This document shows positions 16,247 through 24,777 of a stretch of DNA of 37,618 nt, piece by piece. Each line of letters starts with the position of its first letter. The first letter of the stretch is position 1. The DNA is from a virus. The stretch is from IMG/VR virus record IMGVR_UViG_3300045988_076875, positions 1 through 37,618 of that record; one strand, 5' to 3'. A program made the translations under genes and the position numbers. Under the pieces are notes generated by a model. The model was not told the DNA's origin. It was given only the letters and a program-made list of their open reading frames with translations, and ran no database searches.

Positions 16247-17596
16247 ATGTTTGATGGATTAAAAAGACTATGGGGAAGGATAGTGAATATGTTTAATTAC
16301 ACGACATTAAAAAGTATAGTTGGCAAAGACGTGGCACTGTCACAGACCATGATCGATGCCATCAACAAATGGAAGAATATGCTGGCCGGTAAGGCGGACT
16401 GGTGTGATGATACCGTAGAGTCCTTGAAGCTGGAGGAAGGCATCTGCCGTGAGTTTGCAGATTCGGTACTGGTGGAGATGGAAGCCAAGATACTGAACAA
16501 CGACAGCATGGACAAGGTTCTGCAGAAGAGTCTGTCTGACATAAATGAGAAACTGCAAACAGGTCTCGCGCTTGGAGCAATGGTTCTTAGACCGTTGGGA
16601 CCAGACAAGGCAGAGTATGTTGCTGCTGATAAATTTATCCCGATCAGTTTTGATGATTCTGGTTCTCCGAATGACATTGCATTCCTGGTTGTGAAATGTA
16701 TTGGGGAGAATAGTTATTTCACCAGGGTGGAAAGACATTATTTCACGAACGGAAATTTGACCATCGAAAACAAATGCTATCACTCAGAGAGCTTAAATGA
16801 TATCGGGCAGAGCTGCAGTCTGGATGCGGTACCAGAGTGGGCAAACATTCTACCTGGTCCGATCATCTATCGAGGTATGACGGAAATGGATTTCGGGTAT
16901 TACCGGAATCCAGTCGATAACAAGGTGGACGGTTCTTCGTGCGGCGTATCGGTGTATGAATCAGCGGAAACATTGATCAGAAAAGCAGATATACAGGGCG
17001 CGCGTTTGGATTGGGAGTATGATTCCGGAGAGCGTGCAATTCATGTAGATGAGAGAGCACTCAAGAGTAAAGGCGGGAAGACTTATCTTCCAAGATTAAA
17101 AAAGCGTCTGTACAAGGGACTGAATCTCGAAGATGGCAAGGATAAAGAACTGTATAAAGAGTATTCGCCAGCAATGCGGGATGAAGCGTTCCGCAGAGGC
17201 TTGGAGGAATACAAGCGGGAGATTGAGTTTAATGTTGGACTTGCCTATGGAGATCTGTCAGATGCGCAGGAAGTGGATAAGACAGCTACAGAGGTGCTTG
17301 TTTCCAAGACAAGGAAATACAACCGAGTCACGGCGATTCAGAGCAAACTGGAAGAGTGCCTGAATGGATTCGTGAATGCGTTGGCGTTCTACAACGGCTC
17401 TTATATGTCTGGGGTAGAATTCACCTGTGAGTTTAATGACTCTATTTTGGCTGATGAAGAATCAGAAAGACAGCAGGACAGGCAAGACGTCAGTATGGGT
17501 GTCATGAGCCTGCTTGAGTACCGAATGAAGTGGTACAACGAGGACGAAGAAACTGCAAAATCTAAGATTCCGGAGCAAAATCAGGTGATGGAGTAA
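16247..17596 (+). CDS. Portal protein
   Basis: 449 aa, directly after TerL and before the MuF-like gene. Confidence 0.8.
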   Translation: MFDGLKRLWGRIVNMFNYTTLKSIVGKDVALSQTMIDAINKWKNMLAGKADWCDDTVESLKLEEGICREFADSVLVEMEAKILNNDSMDKVLQKSLSDINEKLQTGLALGAMVLRPLGPDKAEYVAADKFIPISFDDSGSPNDIAFLVVKCIGENSYFTRVERHYFTNGNLTIENKCYHSESLNDIGQSCSLDAVPEWANILPGPIIYRGMTEMDFGYYRNPVDNKVDGSSCGVSVYESAETLIRKADIQGARLDWEYDSGERAIHVDERALKSKGGKTYLPRLKKRLYKGLNLEDGKDKELYKEYSPAMRDEAFRRGLEEYKREIEFNVGLAYGDLSDAQEVDKTATEVLVSKTRKYNRVTAIQSKLEECLNGFVNALAFYNGSYMSGVEFTCEFNDSILADEESERQQDRQDVSMGVMSLLEYRMKWYNEDEETAKSKIPEQNQVME

Positions 17597-17597
17597 T

Positions 17598-19268
17598 ATG
17601 AGAGATAATTACAAGAATAAGCTTGCAAGTAAGATCGCTGCGAGGTATCAGGATTTGGAAGAGCGTATCATGCAGGATATCGTCCGGGGGATTGTGAAAG
17701 CTGGTGAGATAACCAGTACTGCAGATTGGCAGATTAACCGGTTACGGATTTTAGGATATTCTTCGGAGGATATTGAACAGGAGATAAAGAAGACGCTCAA
17801 TGCTTCTTATCCAGAGATGTTCGAACTATATGACAAGGTGATCAATTGGGAATATGTTCGGAATAAAGATATATATGAGCAGATTAACGCCGAGTACATA
17901 CCATTCGAAGAGAATGGACAGCTCAAGCAGATTACAGAAGCAATCATTGATCAGAGTTTTGATGATTTGGAGAATGTGACTAATTCGCTCGGCTTCTACC
18001 TGGACTACGGCAATGGTAAGAAGGTATTGACGCCACTTTCTCAAGTGTATACTAAATACCTTGATGCAGCGTGTTATGATATCGTGACCGGAGCATTTGA
18101 TTATAACAGTGTGTTGCGTAGAGTTGTGACACAACTTACCAACAGCGGACTTCGGCAGATTGATTATTCTTCCGGGAGAGCTAACCGGGTTGATGTGGCT
18201 GCAAGGAGAGCGGTCATGACTGCAGTCAGTCAGATTGCCGGAAAGATATCTGAGTACAACGCACAGAAGCTTGGCACCGAGTATTTTGAGGTTGAGTGGC
18301 ACGCCGGAGCACGTCCGACTCATGCAGTATGGCAGGGGCGTGTCTGGTCGAAAGAGCAGTTGTATTCAGTCTGTGGGCTAGGTACCGTGACCGGACTTCT
18401 GGGAGTTAACTGCTACCATACTTATCATTTGTTCTTTCCAGGATTATCCGAACGTAACTGGACGGATGATTGGTTGGAAGAGCAGAACCGAAAAGAAAAT
18501 GAACCAAGAGAGTTCCTAGGTAAAGAATATACTTTGTATGAAGCCAAGCAGAGACAGCGTCAGATGGAGACAGCCATGAGGGCACAGCGTGAAAAAGTCA
18601 AATTATTGCAGGCTGGTGGTGCTGATCAGGACGAAGTCATTCTGCACAAAGCGAAATATCAAGGGCAGCTTAACGAGTATTCCCGGTTCTGCAGGAAGAT
18701 GAGTCTCACGGAAGAGCGTGAGCGTATCTATTATGACATGCGCGGAATGGTTGCGACGAACAATAAGACGCAGAACGCCATGTTTCATCCGGAAATGATT
18801 AAAAATGCAACCAAAGACATAGCTCAGTACAAGAGATACAAAGAAGTTCTTGGAGATTCTGTTGGTTCACTTGCTAAGTTCGGGCGGGTGAAATATAATG
18901 ATAGTGAACAGTGGGAAAAGCTTCAAAATAGATTTTCCACATATCTTGAGATTGACAAGAAAGATTGGACCGAAGAATTCAAGAACGCGTCCAAACAGGC
19001 ATATGATAGATTCACAAAAGAGAATATTACAATGTCCGTACACGCACTTAGTCGGCTCCCTCGATTAAATAAGCCTGGATTGCCGGAAGTGTCAGAAGAA
19101 ATGCTGATAAAAATAATTAGAGGTGAGCCTAATTATGCAGAGGGAGAAGATAGGCAAATCTATTTTATTCAAGAATTACAGTTGTTAATTGTGAGAAATA
19201 AAGGAACTGGAGATATTGTATCTGTTGTGAGAAGAAACAATCCGAAGGAGGTATGGAAAAATGTTTGA
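17598..19268 (+). CDS. MuF/SPP1 gp7-like head morphogenesis protein with a C-terminal toxin-like extension
   Basis: 'EVEWHAGARPTHAVWQGRVW' is the MuF signature. The last ~90 aa, 'MSVHALSRLPRLNKPGLPEVSEEMLIKIIRGEP...LLIVRNKGTGDIVSVVRR', look RelE/DUF4258-like. Confidence 0.75.
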   Translation: MRDNYKNKLASKIAARYQDLEERIMQDIVRGIVKAGEITSTADWQINRLRILGYSSEDIEQEIKKTLNASYPEMFELYDKVINWEYVRNKDIYEQINAEYIPFEENGQLKQITEAIIDQSFDDLENVTNSLGFYLDYGNGKKVLTPLSQVYTKYLDAACYDIVTGAFDYNSVLRRVVTQLTNSGLRQIDYSSGRANRVDVAARRAVMTAVSQIAGKISEYNAQKLGTEYFEVEWHAGARPTHAVWQGRVWSKEQLYSVCGLGTVTGLLGVNCYHTYHLFFPGLSERNWTDDWLEEQNRKENEPREFLGKEYTLYEAKQRQRQMETAMRAQREKVKLLQAGGADQDEVILHKAKYQGQLNEYSRFCRKMSLTEERERIYYDMRGMVATNNKTQNAMFHPEMIKNATKDIAQYKRYKEVLGDSVGSLAKFGRVKYNDSEQWEKLQNRFSTYLEIDKKDWTEEFKNASKQAYDRFTKENITMSVHALSRLPRLNKPGLPEVSEEMLIKIIRGEPNYAEGEDRQIYFIQELQLLIVRNKGTGDIVSVVRRNNPKEVWKNV

Positions 19269-19527
19269 GAAAATAATGAATTATATTAAAGATTTTTTGG
19301 AAAATACTCCAGAGGATATCTATGATTTTTCTTGTGAACTGGAAGGAATGTTAATTATTCATTATGACGAAATGTATAAGGAACAGCCAAGGGCTACAAG
19401 AATATTGAATGAAGAAGCGCCTGATATTTGCGCATCCGGAGAACCGGGAATGAAACCAGAAGAGATTGAAAAATTTAAACGTGAGTTGGAAATTGAATAC
19501 AACAAAGCGTTAAAAGCAGTTGTGTAG
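19261..19527 (+). CDS. Small acidic protein; candidate immunity partner of the MuF C-terminal domain
   Basis: It overlaps the MuF stop by 8 nt and is followed by a terminator. It has no place in the canonical head module. Confidence 0.45.
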   Translation: MFEKIMNYIKDFLENTPEDIYDFSCELEGMLIIHYDEMYKEQPRATRILNEEAPDICASGEPGMKPEEIEKFKRELEIEYNKALKAVV

Positions 19528-19528
19528 T

Positions 19529-19562
19529 TACCACCAGTTGATAAGACCGGTGGTATTTTTAT
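19529..19562 (+). terminator. Intrinsic terminator
   Basis: taccacc(19529-35)/ggtggta(19549-55) followed by TTTTTAT. Confidence 0.6.
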
Positions 19563-19592
19563 ACTCATTTTTAAGGCGAGGAGGTGAGAAAG

Positions 19593-19892
19593 GTGAAAAA
19601 ATTATTTATTAGTCAGCCTATGAGAGGTAAGTCAGATGAAGAAATTCTGGCAGAACGCAAGAAAGCAATTGAGCTTGCGCAAGAAATGATCGGTGAACCG
19701 GTAGAAGTGATTGATTCCTTCTTCCAGGAAGCACCCGCAGATGCAAAACCACTGTGGTTCCTTGGAAAATCCCTGGAACTTCTGTCAGGAGCAGATGTGG
19801 CGTATTTTGCGCAAGGGTGGGAAGATGCAAGAGGTTGTGTGATTGAGCATGACAGCGCATTAGCTTATGGAATCAAGAGTATTGTTGCCTAG
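19593..19892 (+). CDS. DUF4406 / nucleoside 2-deoxyribosyltransferase-like protein
   Basis: 'LFISQPMRGKSDEEI' and 'LLSGADVAYFAQGWEDARGCVIEHDSALAYGI'. GTG after gaggaggtgagaaag; an alternative GTG is at 19584. Confidence 0.55.
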   Translation: MKKLFISQPMRGKSDEEILAERKKAIELAQEMIGEPVEVIDSFFQEAPADAKPLWFLGKSLELLSGADVAYFAQGWEDARGCVIEHDSALAYGIKSIVA

Positions 19893-19921
19893 GAAGGCGG
19901 TGATCCAGATATCTCCCTTTG

Positions 19922-19950
19922 AGACGCATGGTTATGCGTCTTATTTTTAT
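19922..19950 (+). terminator. Intrinsic terminator
   Basis: agacgcat-ggtt-atgcgtct followed by TATTTTTAT. Confidence 0.7.
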
Positions 19951-20060
19951 GCCCTGCCACATGGCTATAAAACTGGACAACTACCCGGCCGGAGGTTCAG
20001 ATGGCTATCCCCATACCGCTGAAAGAGCGGTTAATAAATAATTTTAGGAGGAATGTAACT

Positions 20061-20627
20061 ATGAAAAATATTTATGAGATTTTAAAGGAGTATGGATTGG
20101 AAGTCCCGGAAGATAAGAAAGCAGATTTTGACAAGGCTTGGAAAGATAATTACCGAACCATAAGTGACTATGACAAGGTAGTTTCCCAGAGAGACAACTA
20201 CAAAACATCTTTAGACGATGTGAGCGCTCAATTGGAAGAATTCAAAGATGTCGATGTAAAAGACCTGCAGGGACAGATTACAAAGCTTCAGGGCGACCTG
20301 AAAGCGAAAGATGATGAATATGCAGCTAAGGAAGCAGACCGTATGTTTATGGATTCCGTCAAGGAGGCGGTTAAGACTGCAGGTGGAAGAAATGAAAAGG
20401 CTGTTATCGCAATGCTGGATATCGACGCTCTTAAAAAATCTAAAAATCAGTCCGATGATATCAAGACTGCACTGGAAAATGTGAAGAAGTCTGACGGGTA
20501 TCTGTTTGGAGTGGATGAACCAATTAATAATCCAGTAGGTGGTACTGGCGGTAATGGTGGTGCTGACATCGGTGGAGATGATGTAGCAGCGCTTCGAGCC
20601 GCTATGGGACTGCCGGAAAAGAAATAG
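20061..20627 (+). CDS. Scaffolding protein (GP20-like)
   Basis: ATG after ttaggaggaatgtaact. Coiled-coil, acidic, directly upstream of the capsid gene. Confidence 0.7.
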   Translation: MKNIYEILKEYGLEVPEDKKADFDKAWKDNYRTISDYDKVVSQRDNYKTSLDDVSAQLEEFKDVDVKDLQGQITKLQGDLKAKDDEYAAKEADRMFMDSVKEAVKTAGGRNEKAVIAMLDIDALKKSKNQSDDIKTALENVKKSDGYLFGVDEPINNPVGGTGGNGGADIGGDDVAALRAAMGLPEKK

Positions 20628-20644
20628 GAAAGAGGTAGAGAAGA

Positions 20645-21508
20645 ATGGCAAACACAATTGCTTTAAGAAAACAGTATTCCACACTTTTGGATGAGGTGTA
20701 TAAATTATCATCCTTGACATCTGTCCTTGACGGACCAAACGAACTGGTCAGAGAGGGCGCAAACGCGAATGAGATTCTGATTCCAAAGATGGATATGGAT
20801 GGCTTGGCAGATTATGCCAAAGGGACAGGCTATGAAGCGGGAGATGTAACTTTGGATTACGAGACAAAAAAATGCGCTTACGACAGAGGCCGTATGTTTA
20901 CTGTGGATGCAATGGATAACATTGAGTCTGCAGGTATTGCATTTGGACGTCTTGCAGGAGAATTTTTGAGAACCAAGGTTGTTCCGGAAATTGATGCGTA
21001 TAGACTTTCAGCTTATGCTCAGATTCCCGAAGTAACTACAGTACAGAGTGATCTTGCAGATGGAAAAGCAGCACTTGCAGCAATTCGTGCGGCGAGAGGC
21101 GAGATCGAAAATTCAGAGGCGAACCTTGCAACATGCTATCTGTTCATTAACCCTACTCTCGCAGGAATGATTGATGATCTGGACACAACCGCTTCTAAGA
21201 AAGCGATGGAAGGTTTTGCAGGTATCGTGAAAGTGCCACAGGGAAGATTTTATAATAAAATTACTCTGACTGCAAAACAGAAGGGCGGATTTACCAAAGC
21301 ATCAGGAGCATTAAACATGAACTTCTTGATCGTGGATAAGAATTCCGCAATCCAGTTTCAGAAGCACACTGTATCCAAGATTATTTCTCCGGATCAGAAT
21401 CAGGCTGCGGATGCATGGAAATTTGGCTATCGTACGGTCGGTATTGCTGAGTGCAAAGACAATAAGAAGGCTGGTATTTACGTACACACAGTTAAGACTG
21501 CCGTATAA
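20645..21508 (+). CDS. Major capsid protein
   Basis: 287 aa after the scaffold gene. Sequence style typical of Firmicutes siphovirus capsids. Confidence 0.8.
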   Translation: MANTIALRKQYSTLLDEVYKLSSLTSVLDGPNELVREGANANEILIPKMDMDGLADYAKGTGYEAGDVTLDYETKKCAYDRGRMFTVDAMDNIESAGIAFGRLAGEFLRTKVVPEIDAYRLSAYAQIPEVTTVQSDLADGKAALAAIRAARGEIENSEANLATCYLFINPTLAGMIDDLDTTASKKAMEGFAGIVKVPQGRFYNKITLTAKQKGGFTKASGALNMNFLIVDKNSAIQFQKHTVSKIISPDQNQAADAWKFGYRTVGIAECKDNKKAGIYVHTVKTAV

Positions 21509-21519
21509 GGAGTGATTGC

Positions 21520-21888
21520 ATGAATGTATCATATGAGTATTACAAGGATTCTTTTGGCGGTTCTTTGATTCAAGAGAGCCGCTGGAATTCCTTGGAAATC
21601 AAAATGAGTGCTAGATTGAATAGATATACGTTTGATCGAATGACAGAGGGAGCCTGGTCTGCAAAAGCGAAGGCCGCGCTCTGTGAGATGTGCGATTGTG
21701 CATATAAGTATGATCAGCGTGACGGGAAAACGTCAGAGAATAATGATGGTTATTCCGTATCGTATGATACAGGCAAGTCATTAGACTCAATGCTGTATGA
21801 AATTGCAGAGGTATATCTGGTCAACACAGGACTTATGAGTTGGGTGGTGGACGATGATGACGACCAATGCGACGATTACAATCTATAA
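21520..21888 (+). CDS. Head-tail connector/adaptor protein
   Basis: Position after the capsid gene; size. Confidence 0.5.
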   Translation: MNVSYEYYKDSFGGSLIQESRWNSLEIKMSARLNRYTFDRMTEGAWSAKAKAALCEMCDCAYKYDQRDGKTSENNDGYSVSYDTGKSLDSMLYEIAEVYLVNTGLMSWVVDDDDDQCDDYNL

Positions 21889-22261
21889 CCGGAAAACCGG
21901 CAGTAAAACCACCTTTGACACCTGGAATCGAACGGTAATCCGGGGCGTGCATGTGTATGTGGACCATAAAGTATCTGCAGGTGATTCCGGACTGAACAGC
22001 GCAGAAGTGTACAAGATTCGTATTCCTACAGATGTGGAGAATGCAGATCAGTATCTTCCACCAGAGGAATATGTGAAGAAAGATAATCCGGGAGATTGCT
22101 GGACGATTCAGCTTGATGATCATATTGTTCTGGGAGAATGTGACAAGGAGATTGAAAAGCCAGCAGATCTCACCGATGTACGATTGAGACACTGTAAAGT
22201 GTTGTCCTGGTCAGACAACCGCTTCGGAGGGCTCCCGCATTGGAGAATAGGAGGCGCTTAA
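21854..22261 (+). CDS. Head closure / head-tail joining protein
   Basis: Position in the connector gene series. Confidence 0.45.
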   Translation: MMTTNATITIYNRKTGSKTTFDTWNRTVIRGVHVYVDHKVSAGDSGLNSAEVYKIRIPTDVENADQYLPPEEYVKKDNPGDCWTIQLDDHIVLGECDKEIEKPADLTDVRLRHCKVLSWSDNRFGGLPHWRIGGA

Positions 22262-22262
22262 G

Positions 22263-22646
22263 ATGGCATCAAAGAAAAATTTCAGCATTACGACTCCAAG
22301 AGGAAGCGTATTCACAGAGATAACGGCGAACGGTTCTGTCCAAGCGAGGCTTGAATGGAATCCGTCATTTGCCCGGACAAAAGCAGAGAATTTTTCGAAA
22401 GCTCAAGAGTTTGTCGATTCCGAATGCCTGAGATACATGAATCCATTAACACCGAGAAGAACATGTATGATGATTAAGTCAGCAACACTTGGAACTGTGA
22501 TAGGTTCTGGATCCATTGAGTACTTGACACCTTACGCCCGCCGGCAGTATTACGAGCATAAGTCTAAAGCGAGATGGTTCGAAAAGATGAAGGCAAGCAA
22601 CAAGGAGGCTATTCTGAAAGGAGCAGAGCAGATTGCAGGACGGTAA
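22263..22646 (+). CDS. Neck/tail-completion protein (gp10-like)
   Basis: Position in the connector gene series. Confidence 0.45.
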   Translation: MASKKNFSITTPRGSVFTEITANGSVQARLEWNPSFARTKAENFSKAQEFVDSECLRYMNPLTPRRTCMMIKSATLGTVIGSGSIEYLTPYARRQYYEHKSKARWFEKMKASNKEAILKGAEQIAGR

Positions 22647-23052
22647 GAAACCGATTATCCAGAGTATCCGGGATTATGTTATGACGTACCCGGATATTGA
22701 TGACCGGAAAATTAATATTGATTATCTTGGCAATGGAATGGAATATTCTATAGACCCAATTGGGGCAGATCCTATTTATAAAAGATATGTAGATGGGAGC
22801 TGCCTGAAACAATTCCAGTTCGCATTCACTTCGAAAGAAGCTTATGATGGTGACGCCAGAACAGGCATTGCCAACAGTGGTTTTTATCAGGATTTTGCGG
22901 AATGGACAGAACAGAACAATTTAGACGATATCCTCCCGGAGCTGGACGGTCACGATGCTATACGGGTAGACGTGTTGCAGTCCGGCTATTTATTTAGCAC
23001 AGAGGAAGATCTGGGGCGGTATCAGATGATTTGCAGATTGATTTATAAGTAG
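22633..23052 (+). CDS. Tail-completion protein
   Basis: Position directly upstream of the major tail protein. Confidence 0.45.
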   Translation: MQDGKKPIIQSIRDYVMTYPDIDDRKINIDYLGNGMEYSIDPIGADPIYKRYVDGSCLKQFQFAFTSKEAYDGDARTGIANSGFYQDFAEWTEQNNLDDILPELDGHDAIRVDVLQSGYLFSTEEDLGRYQMICRLIYK

Positions 23053-23062
23053 GAGGTACAAA

Positions 23063-23572
23063 ATGTCAGGAGCAGATACAAAAAAGAAATTAGTCGGAAG
23101 ACACAAGAGAGTGGCATTTATGGACGTTGCCGGTGATGGAAAGACATATACCAGAATGACAGGATTCACGTCCATGTCTGAGAGCAAGAACGCTTCCGAG
23201 TACAGCCGCCATTATGTGGACGAAGAAAGTGAGAGAACAGATGTTGTGGGATATGCCCCATCAAACGATTATGAATTTGACCGCTATACCAATGATCCGG
23301 TACAGCAGAAAATCGCAGAGGTCACAGATGATGAGCTTCTCGGCTCTGATGCACAGGTAAGCATCGTTGTGGTAGATCTTTTTGATATTAAGGCAGATAC
23401 ACCGAATACATGTGTTGCTAGACAGCGTGATTGGAGCGTTGTTCCAGACAATTCAGGAGATGGAACTGATGCATTGATCTACAAAGGTAGCCTGAAAGCC
23501 AATGGTGAGAAAATCAAGGGTACCGCCACAACAACAGACAACTGGCAGACATGTACGTTTGCAGCAGATTAA
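23063..23572 (+). CDS. Major tail protein
   Basis: 169 aa, before the chaperone genes and tape measure. No sheath gene is present, so the tail is siphovirus-type. Confidence 0.65.
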   Translation: MSGADTKKKLVGRHKRVAFMDVAGDGKTYTRMTGFTSMSESKNASEYSRHYVDEESERTDVVGYAPSNDYEFDRYTNDPVQQKIAEVTDDELLGSDAQVSIVVVDLFDIKADTPNTCVARQRDWSVVPDNSGDGTDALIYKGSLKANGEKIKGTATTTDNWQTCTFAAD

Positions 23573-23591
23573 GAGACAAAGGAGTGAGCCG

Positions 23592-24008
23592 ATGAGCCTT
23601 TTTAAATACGGAAATCTCGAAGTTGAGATTGATTTTACAGATGTTGATTTTTTAGAAAATCTGGACGAAGCAAAGAAATTAATGGTTGATGAAGCAGCAC
23701 AAGTACCGAAAACCGGAAAGACAGCGGATATTATTCGCGCGCAGTGTCAGTGTTATTTTAACTTTTTCGACCGGGTGATCGGAGAGGGAGCACACGAGGA
23801 GATGTTCCAGGGTAGAACCAGCCTTAAATCATGTCTCGATGCCACAGATGCACTTCTTAAGTTCGAAAATGATGAGGCGCTTAAACTGAATGAGAAATAT
23901 AGTGATTATATGGTTCAGCAGCATGGAAACCGCCAGCGGAAAAGAAATTATAATAAGCAACAGGGAAAGAAAACGAATCAGAATTTTAATGCAGTTCGTA
24001 ACAGGTAG
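23592..24008 (+). CDS. Tail assembly chaperone
   Basis: ATG after caaaggagtgagccg. Position; basic C-terminal tail. Confidence 0.5.
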   Translation: MSLFKYGNLEVEIDFTDVDFLENLDEAKKLMVDEAAQVPKTGKTADIIRAQCQCYFNFFDRVIGEGAHEEMFQGRTSLKSCLDATDALLKFENDEALKLNEKYSDYMVQQHGNRQRKRNYNKQQGKKTNQNFNAVRNR

Positions 24009-24014
24009 CATGCT

Positions 24015-24581
24015 ATGAATATTTTGATTGATAAATTTCCGGAAGCGGTAAAGGTAAATGGAAAAGTTTATCCGGTGGAGACGGACTTCCGGGAATGGAT
24101 CCGTTTTACAAAGTTGGTGGAAGATGAGGACGTGCCCTGGCAGATTAAGTGCCATCTGCTTATGCAATGGTATATAAAGGATATCCCGGATGACTTAGAG
24201 GGTGCGATAAACGCGCTGGGTGATTTCCTTGCGATGAAGCAGGAAGATGATGAGCAAGAGAGTGACGCACCTGCAAAGCCTCCGAAACAGGTCTATTCTT
24301 TTGATGAGGATATGGTTTGGATCTACAGTGCATTCCGGGAAGTGTATGGAATTAACCTGCAGACGGTTCCGTATATGCATTGGTGGGAGTTCCAGACGTT
24401 ATTTATCGGACTTCCGGATAGTACAGAGATTAAGCAGCGCATCATGTACCGGAACACAGACCTTAATACAATTCCGGACAAGAATGAGAGAAAGCGGATT
24501 AAGAAAATCCAAGATGCAGTTGCGCTGAAAAAGAAGCGCAGAAAAATGACAGATTATGAGATTGGAGATATGTTTGCGTGA
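24015..24581 (+). CDS. Gp15-family tail protein
   Basis: 'VYPVETDFREWIRFTKLVED' is typical of the phage Gp15 family. Upstream of the tape measure. Confidence 0.6.
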   Translation: MNILIDKFPEAVKVNGKVYPVETDFREWIRFTKLVEDEDVPWQIKCHLLMQWYIKDIPDDLEGAINALGDFLAMKQEDDEQESDAPAKPPKQVYSFDEDMVWIYSAFREVYGINLQTVPYMHWWEFQTLFIGLPDSTEIKQRIMYRNTDLNTIPDKNERKRIKKIQDAVALKKKRRKMTDYEIGDMFA

Positions 24582-24733
24582 TGAAAAATGTGATCAGAAT
24601 CCCGACAGAGCGCAAATGGTATAAATGTCCGTATTGTGGCAAGAAATTGCTGATATACGAAGATACAGCCAAGTGTGACGGTGTATATCTGAATTGTCGG
24701 GAGTGTAAAATAGAGATAAAGATTAAGATTTAA
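24581..24733 (+). CDS. Cys-rich KTR-type zinc-ribbon peptide, 50 aa, not in the ORF track
   Basis: 'WYKCPYCGKKLLIYEDTAKCDGVYLNCRECK'. The ATG abuts the upstream stop (gtgATG). Confidence 0.5.
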   Translation: MKNVIRIPTERKWYKCPYCGKKLLIYEDTAKCDGVYLNCRECKIEIKIKI

Positions 24734-24777
24734 GCACATGTGAGCCGTTGAGCCGTGCTATCAGAAAGGATGATAGT

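Noticed and set aside
19881-19892. The 12-mer attgttgcctag ends both ORF 12031..12297 and ORF 19593..19892.
   Set aside because: A single short match with no flanking similarity; consistent with chance.
23063-24581. A programmed -1 frameshift in the tail chaperone genes. Track ORF 23502..24008 overlaps the end of the major tail gene.
   Set aside because: The overlap comes from an upstream alternative start. A good RBS and ATG at 23592 gives a discrete gene. I saw no slippery heptamer with an extended overlapping frame.
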